Below, piece after piece: positions 12,633-21,719 of a DNA stretch of 64,000 nucleotides. The first letter of the stretch is position 1, and each line of letters opens with the position of its first letter. The DNA lies in NCBI GenBank assembly GCA_016202435.1, contig JACQOR010000078.1, positions 4,325 through 68,324 on the forward strand. Reading direction: 5' to 3'. A program made the translations under genes and the position numbers. The notes beneath the pieces are model-generated. The model was not told the DNA's origin and made no database searches. It saw only the letters and a list, made by a program, of their open reading frames with translations. The stretch comes from Chloroflexota bacterium (GTDB taxonomy: Bacteria > Chloroflexota > UBA6077 > SHYK01).

Positions 12633-13035
12633 GTACCGCAAGCCGCACCGGGGACGGATGAAAGGCGTCGCGACCTCGGGAAACACGATCGCCTTTGGAG
12701 ATGTGGGAATTCAGGCTCTGGAACCCGCTTGGATCACCGCCCGCCAGATTGAGGCAGCCCGGCGCGCCATTACGCATCATTGTCGCCGCGGTGGCAAGGT
12801 GTGGATCCGAGTCTTTCCGGACAAGGGTGTTTCAAAGAAGCCAGCGGAAACGCGGATGGGCAGCGGAAAGGGTGCGCCGGATCACTATGTGGCGGTGGTG
12901 CGACCAGGACGAATCATGTTCGAGGTTGCGGGTGTGCCCACCGAGTTGGCTCGGGAGGCGCTACGCCTTGCCGGTCACAAGCTGCCGATCGCAACGCGCC
13001 TGCTCGATCGTGAAGAGGCGGTGACCGCGGGGTGA
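12610..13035 (+). CDS. rplP: 50S ribosomal protein L16
   Basis: GTG at 12610 gives (M)[18 protein letters not shown]; overlaps rpsC 3' end; longer ORF from 12541 judged too long. Confidence 0.93.
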   Translation: MLQPRRVKYRKPHRGRMKGVATSGNTIAFGDVGIQALEPAWITARQIEAARRAITHHCRRGGKVWIRVFPDKGVSKKPAETRMGSGKGAPDHYVAVVRPGRIMFEVAGVPTELAREALRLAGHKLPIATRLLDREEAVTAG

Positions 13036-13232
13036 AGGCTTCCGAGCTTCGCGAGCTGGACGATCCAGAGCTGGCCAAGCGTCTGGCTGACTTCCAACAG
13101 GAACTGTTCAACTTGCGTTTTCAGTACGCGACGCGACAGCTGACGAACCACGCGCGGTTCAAAGTGGTTCGGCGAGATGTGGCCCGGATCCAGACGCTGC
13201 TTCGGGAGCGGGAGCTTGGGGCAGAGGGCTGA
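13032..13232 (+). CDS. rpmC: 50S ribosomal protein L29
   Basis: 66 aa, [10 protein letters not shown]...LFNLRFQ pattern. Confidence 0.93.
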   Translation: MKASELRELDDPELAKRLADFQQELFNLRFQYATRQLTNHARFKVVRRDVARIQTLLRERELGAEG

Positions 13233-13543
13233 TGACTGAGGAGCGACGAGGTCGCCGACGCGTTGTTACCGGACGTGTGACGAGTAACAAGATGGACAAG
13301 ACCGTCGTGGTCGGGGTGGATGTCGTGCGGCGGCACCGAGTGTACGGGCGGCTTATTCACCATACCCGAAAGTTCAAAGCGCACGATCCACAAAACCGGT
13401 CCGAAGTGGGTGATGTTGTCGAAATTCGAGAGAGTCGGCCGTTGAGCCGAGAAAAGCGGTGGGTGGTAACCAAGATTCTTCGCGGGGGGCGCGAGGAGAT
13501 TCCGATCGCCGAGCCGAGCACCGAGACCGGAGCCGCAGAGTGA
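13232..13543 (+). CDS. rpsQ: 30S ribosomal protein S17
   Basis: [14 protein letters not shown]...HD..N....GD.V.I.E.RPLS motif; 1-nt overlap with rpmC stop. Confidence 0.94.
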   Translation: MTEERRGRRRVVTGRVTSNKMDKTVVVGVDVVRRHRVYGRLIHHTRKFKAHDPQNRSEVGDVVEIRESRPLSREKRWVVTKILRGGREEIPIAEPSTETGAAE

Positions 13544-13905
13544 TCCGCCCGTTCACACGGTGCCGGGTGGCAGACAACAGCGGGGCGCGGGAACTGATGT
13601 GTATCCGGGTGATGGCGGCCAACAAGGAATATGCCGAGATTGGCGACGTCATCGTGGGTACAGTCAAGAGTGCGACGCCCGGCGGGGCGGTCAAGAAGAG
13701 CGATGTAGTGAAGGCGGTGGTGGTGCGGACGGCCAAAGATCACGCCAGGCCAGACGGGTCGACCATCCGGTTTGACGACAACGCGGTTGTGATCCTGTCG
13801 GACAAGCTGAATCCCCGAGGGACGCGGATTTTCGGACCCGTGGCGCGCGAACTGCGTGAGAAGAACTACATGAAGATCGTCTCCCTCGCGCCAGAGGTCA
13901 TCTAG
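13540..13905 (+). CDS. rplN: 50S ribosomal protein L14
   Basis: GTG at 13540 gives (M)[21 protein letters not shown]; 121 aa; overlaps rpsQ stop. Confidence 0.95.
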   Translation: MIRPFTRCRVADNSGARELMCIRVMAANKEYAEIGDVIVGTVKSATPGGAVKKSDVVKAVVVRTAKDHARPDGSTIRFDDNAVVILSDKLNPRGTRIFGPVARELREKNYMKIVSLAPEVI

Positions 13906-14217
13906 ATGTCGCGAATCAAGCGCGACGACATGGTTGAGGTCCGGAAAGGCCGCGAGCGGGGGAAACGCGGTAGGGTGCGCGAAGTGCTGGCGAACGAGGG
14001 CCGGGCGATCGTGGCCGAGATAAACGTGGTGAAGAAGCACGTCAAGCCCGGTCAGCAGGCACGCCAGGCCGGCATCATCGACATGGAGGCACCCCTCCAG
14101 TTGGCGAATCTCGCGTTGGTGTGCAGCAAGTGTGGGAAGCCCACCAGAGTGGGCACTCGCCTTCTCGAGGATGGCTCGAAGTCGCGCTACTGCAAGACAT
14201 GCGGCGAGCTCACGTAG
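13906..14217 (+). CDS. rplX: 50S ribosomal protein L24
   Basis: 103 aa with KOW-like GD.V.V..G..RGK.G.V. Confidence 0.93.
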   Translation: MSRIKRDDMVEVRKGRERGKRGRVREVLANEGRAIVAEINVVKKHVKPGQQARQAGIIDMEAPLQLANLALVCSKCGKPTRVGTRLLEDGSKSRYCKTCGELT

Positions 14218-14231
14218 GGCGGGACGGAAAG

Positions 14232-14783
14232 ATGGCTACGAGACTCCAGGAACGGTATCAGAGCGAGATTGCACCCACACTGCAGAAGGAGTTCGCCTAC
14301 CGCAACGTGATGCAGATCCCTCGGCTCCACAAGGTCGTGCTCAACATTGGGCTTGGTGAGGCGGTGCGAGAGCCGAAGGCGGTGGACGCGGCAGTTCGGG
14401 ACATCTCGATCATCGCGGGGCAGAAGCCGGTTGTGACGCGGGCGAGAAAATCGATCGCCCAGTTTCGTCTCCGCACGGGGATGCCGATCGGCGTCACGGT
14501 CACGCTGCGAGGGGATCGAATGTACGAGTTCATGGACCGGTTCGTGAGTGTGGGGCTGCCGCGAGTGCGGGATTTTCGAGGCATCTCGGATCGCGTTTTC
14601 GACGGGAGGGGGAACGCCACGATCGGTCTGCGGGAGCAGTTGATCTTTCCGGAGATCGACTACGACAAGATTGACCGGGTGCGGGGCATGGAGATCACCA
14701 TGGTCACGAGCGCCCGGACCGACGAGGAGGGCAAGCGTCTTCTTGAGCTGCTGGGTATGCCCTTCGAGCGAGTAGCAGCCTAA
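14232..14783 (+). CDS. rplE: 50S ribosomal protein L5
   Basis: ATG at 14232 gives [15 protein letters not shown]; [20 protein letters not shown] motifs. Confidence 0.95.
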   Translation: MATRLQERYQSEIAPTLQKEFAYRNVMQIPRLHKVVLNIGLGEAVREPKAVDAAVRDISIIAGQKPVVTRARKSIAQFRLRTGMPIGVTVTLRGDRMYEFMDRFVSVGLPRVRDFRGISDRVFDGRGNATIGLREQLIFPEIDYDKIDRVRGMEITMVTSARTDEEGKRLLELLGMPFERVAA

Positions 14784-14905
14784 CGGGAAGGCATCGCTAG
14801 ACCTCGCCTGAGGCAGTTGACAGGTCTGGCCTCTGTGGGAGGACGGTCCTTCGTCTTCCTAGGGATTACAGAGGCTCAGGATGACGATATGAGGAGAGAA
14901 GAGCA

Positions 14906-15091
14906 TTGGCAAAGACGTCGAAGATAGTGAAGGCCGGGCGTCCGCCGAAGTTTTCGACTCAGCGCCACAACCGCTGCTTGCGGTGCGGGCGTCCCCGGGC
15001 CTTTATTCGGCGTTTCGGTTTGTGCCGGATTTGTTTTCGCGAACTGGCGCTGCGCGGGGAGATCCCCGGTATCAGCAAGTCGAGCTGGTAG
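14906..15091 (+). CDS. rpsN: 30S ribosomal protein S14, zinc-ribbon type Z
   Basis: 61 aa; CLRCGRP...CRIC Cys4 ribbon; GAGGAGAG SD; TTG start. Confidence 0.94.
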   Translation: MAKTSKIVKAGRPPKFSTQRHNRCLRCGRPRAFIRRFGLCRICFRELALRGEIPGISKSSW

Positions 15092-15487
15092 ATGTTGACC
15101 GATCCCATCGCCGACATGCTGACCCGGGTGCGGAATGCAGTCCGGGCGGGCCATCCGATCGTGGAGATGCCGGCGTCCAAGATGAAGGTCGCCATCGCCC
15201 AGGTCCTGCGCGACGAGGGTTTCGTCCGCGGCTTTGATCTGGTGGGGGCGGGTCCTAAGCGCAAGCTACGGGTTCTGCTCGCATACTCGCCGAGGCAGGA
15301 GCCGCGACTGCTGGGCCTGACGCGAGTCAGCAAGCCGGGCCGTCGAATGTACGTGGGGCATGACCACATTCCCCGGGTGTGGAGTGGCATTGGCGTAGCG
15401 ATTCTTTCTACGCCGCGAGGCGTCATGACGGGGGACCGCGCGCGCCGGGATCACGTGGGTGGTGAAGTGCTTGCGTACGTCTGGTAG
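15092..15487 (+). CDS. rpsH: 30S ribosomal protein S8
   Basis: MLTDPIADMLTRVRNA N-terminus. Confidence 0.96.
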   Translation: MLTDPIADMLTRVRNAVRAGHPIVEMPASKMKVAIAQVLRDEGFVRGFDLVGAGPKRKLRVLLAYSPRQEPRLLGLTRVSKPGRRMYVGHDHIPRVWSGIGVAILSTPRGVMTGDRARRDHVGGEVLAYVW

Positions 15488-15503
15488 CTAGCGGAGGAGG
15501 ATA

Positions 15504-16046
15504 GTGTCGCGAATTGGGCGAATGCCGATCCCTATTCCCGCCGGCGTGGATATTGACATAACTAGCGTCTCAGTGGCGGTGAAAAGCGGCACGGGAACGT
15601 TGAGCCAGCGTATCCCCGAGGGCATCAGTGTGCGTCGGGAGGAAAACGATCTGCTGGTCGAGCGAGAGTCCGATAATCGGACCCTTCGCTCGCTGCATGG
15701 CCTCACTCGGAGCCTGATCAACAACATGGTGGTTGGGCTGAGCCAAGGGTTCACGAAACGGCTGGAGATTGTCGGTACGGGCTATCGCGCAGTGGCCAGC
15801 GACGACACGTTCACGATTTCGGCGGGCTTTTCCCATCAGGTGCTAGTGAAGGCGCCTGATGGCATCGCGTTTAGCATGGATGGGCCCCGGATGGTGATCA
15901 GTGGGTTCGACAAGCAACTGGTAGGCGAGACGGCCGCGCGGATTCGGCGGATACGGCCCCCTGAGCCCTACAAAGGGAAGGGCATTCGTTATCAGGGGGA
16001 GTACGTGCGTCGAAAGGCCGGCAAAGTCGGCAGCAAGAAACGGTAG
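15504..16046 (+). CDS. rplF: 50S ribosomal protein L6
   Basis: SRIGRMPIPIP.GV N-terminus; PEPYKGKGIRY. Confidence 0.95.
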   Translation: MSRIGRMPIPIPAGVDIDITSVSVAVKSGTGTLSQRIPEGISVRREENDLLVERESDNRTLRSLHGLTRSLINNMVVGLSQGFTKRLEIVGTGYRAVASDDTFTISAGFSHQVLVKAPDGIAFSMDGPRMVISGFDKQLVGETAARIRRIRPPEPYKGKGIRYQGEYVRRKAGKVGSKKR

Positions 16047-16052
16047 GCGAGA

Positions 16053-16415
16053 ATGTACCGGGGAGCAAACAGCGGGCTCGCACGGCGACGGCGCCACGCC
16101 CGTATCAGGAAGCGGCTGGCCGGAACCGGAGAACGCCCCCGGCTGTGCGTTTTCCGGAGCCTGAGTCACATCTACGCCCAGGTGGTAGACGACACGGCGG
16201 GGCGCACACTGGTAGCGGCCTCAACGGCCGAACCATCGCTGCGCGGACAAGGGGGCACCAAGTCCGATCGGGCGAAAGCCGTTGGGATTGCTATCGCGGA
16301 AAGGGCCAAAGCGGCGGGCATCGATCAAGTGGTGTTTGATCGAGGTGGGTACCTCTACCATGGGCGCGTACGGCAGCTTGCGGAGGGCGCTCGCGAGGGC
16401 GGTCTCAGCTTCTAG
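16053..16415 (+). CDS. rplR: 50S ribosomal protein L18
   Basis: [10 protein letters not shown]...[17 protein letters not shown]; FDRGGY.YHGRV. Confidence 0.95.
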   Translation: MYRGANSGLARRRRHARIRKRLAGTGERPRLCVFRSLSHIYAQVVDDTAGRTLVAASTAEPSLRGQGGTKSDRAKAVGIAIAERAKAAGIDQVVFDRGGYLYHGRVRQLAEGAREGGLSF

Positions 16416-16428
16416 GACGGAGACATCA

Positions 16429-17160
16429 TTGTCGAAAGTAGATGCCACTGGCCTGCTCCTCGAAGAGAAGGTGATACGGGTCAACCGCGTCGCCAAGGTC
16501 GTTAAGGGGGGGCGTCGATTCCACTTCAGTGCCATGGTGGTCGTGGGAGACGGCCATGGGGTGGTGGGAGTTGGTCTCGGTAAGGCGAACGAGGTGCCGG
16601 ATTCCATCCGCAAAGGCGTCGAAACCGCTAAGAAGAACCTCGTGCGCGTGCCGTTGAACGGAACCACTATTCCACATCAAGCGTTGGCCCATTTCGGCGC
16701 GGCCCAAGTGCTGCTGAAGCCGGCCGCTCCCGGCACGGGGCTGATTGCCGGTGGGGCAGTCCGAGCCGTGCTGAATGCAGCCGGCATCAAAGACGCGTTG
16801 AGCAAGTCGCTCGGCAGCGCCAACCCAATCAACGTGGCGCGGGCCACCATTGCCGGGCTGGCAATAATGCGGGATCTCGAAGGGGCCCGCGCAGAGCGCC
16901 GCGGCGCAGACGGGACGGCTCCCGCGCCGCAGTACGCAGCGTCGGCGGTGTCCGCCGCGGTGATTGGAGCCCCAGCAACAGGGGCCGACGTGGCGACTGG
17001 CACTACCGAGGAGTCGGCCGGGGGCGCGGCTCCCTTGGGCCCGACCGAAGCCGAGGCTTCGGTGTCGGTTGGTGACGCTTCCGCGGCGGAACCTCCCACC
17101 ACTGAAGCAGCAGTTGCAGTCGAAGAAGCGCGTCAGCCGGCTCGCGAAGCGGAGGCTTAG
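16429..17160 (+). CDS. rpsE: 30S ribosomal protein S5 with ~84-aa Ala/Glu/Thr-rich C-terminal tail
   Basis: TTG at 16429 (GGACGGAG SD) gives (M)[30 protein letters not shown]; S5 core ends near AERRG, ORF continues to TAG at 17158-17160. Confidence 0.9.
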   Translation: MSKVDATGLLLEEKVIRVNRVAKVVKGGRRFHFSAMVVVGDGHGVVGVGLGKANEVPDSIRKGVETAKKNLVRVPLNGTTIPHQALAHFGAAQVLLKPAAPGTGLIAGGAVRAVLNAAGIKDALSKSLGSANPINVARATIAGLAIMRDLEGARAERRGADGTAPAPQYAASAVSAAVIGAPATGADVATGTTEESAGGAAPLGPTEAEASVSVGDASAAEPPTTEAAVAVEEARQPAREAEA

Positions 17161-17577
17161 GTGTCGGGGGACAAGCTCATTGTGACGCTGATCCGGAGCC
17201 AGATTGGCTACCCGCTGGACCAGCGGGCAACCGTGAAGAGCCTGGGCCTTCGACGCATTCGCGAGACGGTGGAGATTCCCGACAACGAAGCGCTGCGGGG
17301 AATGCTGCACAAGATCCGGCATCTGGTCCGAGTCGAATCGACCAGGCCTGGCCTGGAGCAAGAAGCGGAGTCGCGCACGCCTCCCCTGAAGGATGGGGAC
17401 GCGGAGCCGGTGAGTGGGCCTGGCCTGGAGCAAGAAGCGGAGTCGCGCACGCCTCCCCTGAAGGATGGGGACGCGGACCCGGTGAGTGAGCCTGGCCTGG
17501 AGCAAGAGGCGGACTCGGGGAAGCGTCCCCGGAGGGCCGCGCGACCCCGGGCGACTAGCGGAGGGCAGACGGAATGA
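17161..17577 (+). CDS. rpmD: 50S ribosomal protein L30 with 78-aa repeat-containing C-terminal extension
   Basis: GTG start directly after rpsE stop; first 60 aa are a normal L30 (LIVTLIRSQIG...LHKIRHLVRVE); no stop until 17575-17577, which overlaps the rplO ATG. Confidence 0.88.
   Translation: MSGDKLIVTLIRSQIGYPLDQRATVKSLGLRRIRETVEIPDNEALRGMLHKIRHLVRVESTRPGLEQEAESRTPPLKDGDAEPVSGPGLEQEAESRTPPLKDGDADPVSEPGLEQEADSGKRPRRAARPRATSGGQTE
17347..17517 (+). repeat. 72-bp tandem repeat, ~2.4 copies, in frame inside rpmD
   Basis: Unit 1 at 17347-17418 and unit 2 at 17419-17490 differ at 2 of 72 positions; a partial diverged third unit is at 17491-17517; each unit encodes PGLEQEAESRTPPLKDGDA(E/D)PVS(G/E). 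Confidence 0.95.
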
Positions 17578-18026
17578 GGCAGCACGAATTCGCGCCCCCC
17601 GGAGGGGCGCACAGACGGCGGAGACGGGTCGGTCGGGGATATGGTTCGGGGCGGGGTAAGACCTCCGGTGCCGGCACCAAGGGCCAGAAAGCACGCAGCG
17701 GCGGTCGAGTTCCGCCGTATTTCGAAGGCGGTCAACTCCCGCTGGTCCGCAAACTCCCGTACCGCAGGGGCTTCAACAATCCGTTCCGGGTCGAGTACCA
17801 GGTCGTCAATGTGGGGCAGCTTGAGAAACTAGACGCTGGATCGGAAGTGAGCCCCGAGACCATGCGTGCGGCGGGACTTGTCCGCAAGAAGGCGCTTCCT
17901 GTGAAGGTTCTCGGGTCGGGGTCTTTGACCAAGAAGCTGACCGTGCAAGTGCACGCGTTTTCCAAGAGTGCACGCGCGGCAATCGAAGCCGCGGGCGGCA
18001 CGGCAGTGGAGCTCCAGCGTGCTTGA
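17574..18026 (+). CDS. rplO: 50S ribosomal protein L15
   Basis: RRVGRGYGSGRGKTSG.G.KGQKARSG motif; ATGA overlap with rpmD. Confidence 0.95.
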   Translation: MRQHEFAPPGGAHRRRRRVGRGYGSGRGKTSGAGTKGQKARSGGRVPPYFEGGQLPLVRKLPYRRGFNNPFRVEYQVVNVGQLEKLDAGSEVSPETMRAAGLVRKKALPVKVLGSGSLTKKLTVQVHAFSKSARAAIEAAGGTAVELQRA

Positions 18027-19311
18027 CGCGATTGTCAGCGCGTTTCGCATCGGTGACCTCCGAGCGAAACTGCTGTACACCCTGGGCATGCTGGTTATCT
18101 TCCGGTTCCTTTCCCACGTACCGGTTCCCGGAGTGAACGCGCAGGCGCTGCTCGATCTCTTTGGCGCCAACCAGTTGCTCGGGATGTTGAACTTGTTCTC
18201 GGGCGGCGCCATGGTCAACTTTTCCATCGTGGCCATGGGCGTCTACCCGTACATCACTGCCACCATCATCGTGCAGCTAATGATTCCGATCATCCCGCAA
18301 CTGGAGGAGCTCTCTAAGGAAGGGGAGGCCGGGCGGGCCAAGATCAACCAGTTCATGCACTGGATCACGGTGCCCCTCGCCTGCCTGCAGTCGTTTGGTA
18401 CCGTGTCCTTCATGAACGCTTCCAGCTCGGTGCCGATCGTCGAGAAGTTTGACCTGGGTCAATATCCTCTCGAGACACTGGCGATCATCGCTACGATGGC
18501 CGCGGGAACGGTGCTGCTGATATGGATCGGCGAACTGATCACCCAGAACGGTATCGGCAACGGCGTATCGATCATCATTTTTGCCGGGATCGTTTCGTCG
18601 CTGCCGCAGGTCGTGGGGCAGGCTCTGGCGTCACCGGACCTCACCCCGGCGTTTGCGTTCACGATCGTGGGGCTGGCGATGGTGGCCGGGATCGTCTACG
18701 TGTACGAGGGGCAGCGGCGAGTTCCGGTGCAGTACGCACGGCGCCTTCGTGGTAACCGCTGGTATGGCGGGGGCAGCACGCACATCCCGATGCGCGTGAA
18801 CTCCGCGGGCATGATTCCACTGATCTTCGCCTCGTCAATCATCATTTCGCCGGGCCTTATCGCCAGTTACTTCACCGCGGTGGAGAATGAGACGGTCCGG
18901 GCCGTCGCAAGTGTGATCTACGAGGCCCTGTACCTCGGTACCAGTTGGATTTTCTGGACGCTGTACTTTGTTGCCGTCGTTGGCTTCACGTTTTTCTACG
19001 CGCTCGTCATCTTCCAACAGCAGAACATCGGGGACAATCTCCAGAAGAACGGCGCTTTTATTCCGGGGATTCGGCCCGGCAGGCCCACCGGCGATTACCT
19101 GTACAAGGTGCTGATCCGCATAACGTGCGCCGGGGCGCTTTTCCTCGGGTTCATCGCGGTTATCCCTTTCCTGGCGCGGAACGTGACCAATGTGCAGGCG
19201 CTCACCTTGTCGAGCACCGGGGTCCTCATCGTAGTGGGCGTCGTCCTCGATACCATCAAGCAACTGGAAGCCCAGCTCTTGATGCGGAACTACCGCGGCT
19301 TCATCCGCTAG
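18019..19311 (+). CDS. secY: Preprotein translocase subunit SecY
   Basis: GTG at 18019 gives (M)LDAIVSAFRIGDLRAKLLYTLG; 10-TM pattern, GALNLFSGGA-like LNLFSGGAM, GIGNGVS; longer ORF from 17968 overlaps rplO too far. Confidence 0.93.
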   Translation: MLDAIVSAFRIGDLRAKLLYTLGMLVIFRFLSHVPVPGVNAQALLDLFGANQLLGMLNLFSGGAMVNFSIVAMGVYPYITATIIVQLMIPIIPQLEELSKEGEAGRAKINQFMHWITVPLACLQSFGTVSFMNASSSVPIVEKFDLGQYPLETLAIIATMAAGTVLLIWIGELITQNGIGNGVSIIIFAGIVSSLPQVVGQALASPDLTPAFAFTIVGLAMVAGIVYVYEGQRRVPVQYARRLRGNRWYGGGSTHIPMRVNSAGMIPLIFASSIIISPGLIASYFTAVENETVRAVASVIYEALYLGTSWIFWTLYFVAVVGFTFFYALVIFQQQNIGDNLQKNGAFIPGIRPGRPTGDYLYKVLIRITCAGALFLGFIAVIPFLARNVTNVQALTLSSTGVLIVVGVVLDTIKQLEAQLLMRNYRGFIR

Positions 19312-19327
19312 CCGAGGAACTCTTGTT

Positions 19328-19981
19328 TTGTACACCGTGATCATCGGCGCTGCTGGGGCCGGCAAGGGCACGCAGGCGGCAGCGGTGCAGAAGAAGATCG
19401 GTCCACACCTCGCAAGTGGCGACATGTTTCGGGAAGCCATGGCGCAGGGCACGCCCATCGGTCTCGAGGTCAGGAGGTTTGTGAATTCCGGAAGCCTGGT
19501 GCCGGACGTGGTGGCCGCTGCGATGGTGCTTGAGCGGCTCTCCCGGGACGATGCGAGGAACGGGGCGGTCCTGGATGGATTTCCGCGGACCGTGGCGCAG
19601 GCGGAAGCATTGGATCGCGAACTGGAGAAGCGCGGCCAGAAGGTGGACCAGGCGCTGTATCTGAACGTGCCCGAGGACGAGCTGCTGCGACGGCTTGCTG
19701 GCCGGTGGCTCTGTCGCGTCTGCCAGATGCCCTATCACGAGGTTTCCAACCCACCGAAGGTGGCGGGTAAGTGCGACAAAGACGGTGGTGACCTGTTCCA
19801 GCGACGCGATGATACCTCTGACGCGATACGGACTCGTCTAGACTTGTTCTTCACCGAAACGGTGCCGTTGCTGGACTACTATCGGTCCAGCGGCGTGCTC
19901 GACGAGATCGATGGCGCCCAGGAAATCGAAAAGGTGAGCCACGACGTGGTCGCGGCGGTGCGGCGCCGAAAGGGTGTCTGA
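19328..19981 (+). CDS. adk: Adenylate kinase (Zn-lid type)
   Basis: TTG start; P-loop GAAGAGKGTQA; lid CRVC...CDKDG; RRDD. Confidence 0.93.
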   Translation: MYTVIIGAAGAGKGTQAAAVQKKIGPHLASGDMFREAMAQGTPIGLEVRRFVNSGSLVPDVVAAAMVLERLSRDDARNGAVLDGFPRTVAQAEALDRELEKRGQKVDQALYLNVPEDELLRRLAGRWLCRVCQMPYHEVSNPPKVAGKCDKDGGDLFQRRDDTSDAIRTRLDLFFTETVPLLDYYRSSGVLDEIDGAQEIEKVSHDVVAAVRRRKGV

Positions 19982-19987
19982 TACAAT
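19979..19987 (+). promoter_or_regulatory. Possible extended -10 promoter element upstream of rpmJ
   Basis: TGATACAAT matches the TGnTAnAAT extended -10 pattern; overlaps adk stop; no convincing -35. Confidence 0.3.
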
Positions 19988-20058
19988 GGAGCGCTTCCCC
20001 TTTCTTTTCCTGACAGGCAGTGAACGTCGATTCTCCAATTGAGGTGGCGGATAGAGCC

Positions 20059-20172
20059 GTGAAAGTACGTGCTTCAGTCAAACGGCGCTGCGAAAAGTGC
20101 AAGATCATCCGGCGATACGGGGTGGTACGGGTGATCTGTGAGAATCCGCGTCACAAGCAGCGTCAAGGTTAG
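20059..20172 (+). CDS. rpmJ: 50S ribosomal protein L36
   Basis: Too short for the ORF track; GTG start; translates to (M)[36 protein letters not shown], 37 aa, C-x2-C...C-x5-H. Confidence 0.93.
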   Translation: MKVRASVKRRCEKCKIIRRYGVVRVICENPRHKQRQG

Positions 20173-20185
20173 AGGGGGTTCCGGG

Positions 20186-20569
20186 TTGCCACGCATTGCC
20201 GGTGTTGATGTACCGAACGACAAACAGGTGCAGATCTCACTGACGTACATCCATGGGATTGGGCGCATGCGAAGCGCCGAAGTGGTGAAGGCGGTAGGGG
20301 TTGATCCGGAAAGGCGCGTGCGGGACCTGACCGAAGAAGAGGTCGCCCATCTGCGGGACTACATCGATCGCCACTTCATGGTGGAAGGCGATCTGCGACG
20401 GGAAGTGAACCTGAACATCAAGCGCCTGATGGAGATTGGCTGCTATCGTGGTCTCCGGCATCGCCGAGGGTTGCCCGTCCACGGACAAAGGACGCGCACC
20501 AATGCCCGCACGCGACGTGGACCGCGACGAACGGTCGCGGGGCGCCGCCGCGCGTCGGCCAAGAAGTAG
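20186..20569 (+). CDS. rpsM: 30S ribosomal protein S13
   Basis: TTG at 20186 gives (M)[11 protein letters not shown]....LTYI.GIG; AGAGGGGG SD; the longer ORF from 20138 would overlap rpmJ. Confidence 0.93.
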   Translation: MPRIAGVDVPNDKQVQISLTYIHGIGRMRSAEVVKAVGVDPERRVRDLTEEEVAHLRDYIDRHFMVEGDLRREVNLNIKRLMEIGCYRGLRHRRGLPVHGQRTRTNARTRRGPRRTVAGRRRASAKK

Positions 20570-20587
20570 GCGAGCGGAGGCCGAAAG

Positions 20588-20983
20588 ATGGCGGAGCGAC
20601 GGCGACGAGTTCGGACGAGGCGACGCGAACGCAAACAAGTGCCTCACGGCAATGCCTACGTGCAGTCGACGTTTAACAATACGTTAGTAACGGTCGCGGA
20701 TCCGGACGGGAATGTGCTCGCGTGGAGCAGCTCAGGAACCGTTGGGTTCAAAGGATCACGCAAGAGCACCCCGTTCGCTGCCAGCCAAGCGGCTGATGAC
20801 GTGGCCAAGAAGGCGATGGAGCAGGGGGTGCGCACGGTAGACGTGTACGTGAAGGGTCCTGGCTCTGGAAGAGAAGCCGCCATTCGATCGTTGCAGGCAT
20901 CCGGGCTGGCCATCAATGCGATTATTGACGTGACGCCGATTCCCCACAACGGGTGTCGGCCTCCAAGAAAGCGACGCGTCTAG
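20588..20983 (+). CDS. rpsK: 30S ribosomal protein S11
   Basis: NNT.VT..D..GN...[16 protein letters not shown]; [16 protein letters not shown]. Confidence 0.96.
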   Translation: MAERRRRVRTRRRERKQVPHGNAYVQSTFNNTLVTVADPDGNVLAWSSSGTVGFKGSRKSTPFAASQAADDVAKKAMEQGVRTVDVYVKGPGSGREAAIRSLQASGLAINAIIDVTPIPHNGCRPPRKRRV

Positions 20984-21056
20984 GAACTGGACTGGCGCCA
21001 GTGGGGGGGCACCCCCCGCGCGACCAGTGCTCCTTTCTGAAATTCGAGGTGAAATG

Positions 21057-21680
21057 ATGGCACGTTACACGGGGCCCGTGTGTCGCATCTGTCGGCATCA
21101 CGGCATGAAGCTATTCTTGAAGGGCGCGAAGTGCTTTTCGAGTTGCATCATTGAGAAACGGCGAACGGTCCCGGGCGAGCACGCCCAGGCGCGGCGGAAG
21201 GTTACCGAGTACGGAGTGCAGCTGACCGAAAAGCAGAAGGTGCGTTCTTTCTACGGCGTGCTCGAGCGGCAATTTCGGAAGCACTTCGCCGAAGCGCTAC
21301 GCCGGCCCGGAGCGACGGGCACCAACCTGCTGGTAATCCTGGAGACTCGTCTCGACAACGTCGTCTACCGAATGGGCTTTGGCGATTCGAGGGCACAGGC
21401 CCGTCAGCTCGTGAGCCACGGCCATTTTTCAGTGAATGGGCGCAAGACCGACGTCCCGTCGGCGTTGTTGAGCGAGGGAGATGTCGTGGAAGTGCGTCCG
21501 ACGCATCGAGGGCTCGAATACTTTGAAGTCCTCAAAGCATCGATGGGTACGAAGATGGTGCCCCGATGGCTTGAGGTCGATCCCGACAAGCTCCGCGGCC
21601 GCGTATCGGGTCTGCCCGCTCGGGAAGACGTCGATGCACCGGTAAACGAACAGCTGGTCGTCGAGTTCTATTCGCGCTAG
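21057..21680 (+). CDS. rpsD: 30S ribosomal protein S4
   Basis: [14 protein letters not shown]-terminus (tandem ATGs at 21054/21057); S4 RNA-binding domain [11 protein letters not shown]. Confidence 0.94.
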   Translation: MARYTGPVCRICRHHGMKLFLKGAKCFSSCIIEKRRTVPGEHAQARRKVTEYGVQLTEKQKVRSFYGVLERQFRKHFAEALRRPGATGTNLLVILETRLDNVVYRMGFGDSRAQARQLVSHGHFSVNGRKTDVPSALLSEGDVVEVRPTHRGLEYFEVLKASMGTKMVPRWLEVDPDKLRGRVSGLPAREDVDAPVNEQLVVEFYSR

Positions 21681-21719
21681 CTGGTCCCACAATGCTGCCG
21701 TCAGGGAGAGAGAAAGACT

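Noticed and set aside
16426-17694. 422-aa ORF antisense to rpsE/rpmD (similar long antisense ORFs: 7115-8521 opposite tuf, 2923-3918 and 127-1038 opposite rpoC, 10277-11206 opposite rplB)
   Set aside because: They lie opposite strongly recognisable conserved genes. Their translations are Arg/Pro/Gly/Ser-rich with no motifs. They are the expected stop-codon-poor antisense frames of high-GC DNA.
21003-21018. GGGGGG-GCA-CCCCCC hairpin between rpsK and rpsD as an internal terminator
   Set aside because: No U-tract follows directly, and it sits inside an operon that is normally co-transcribed. It may be a processing or attenuation site, but the evidence is insufficient.
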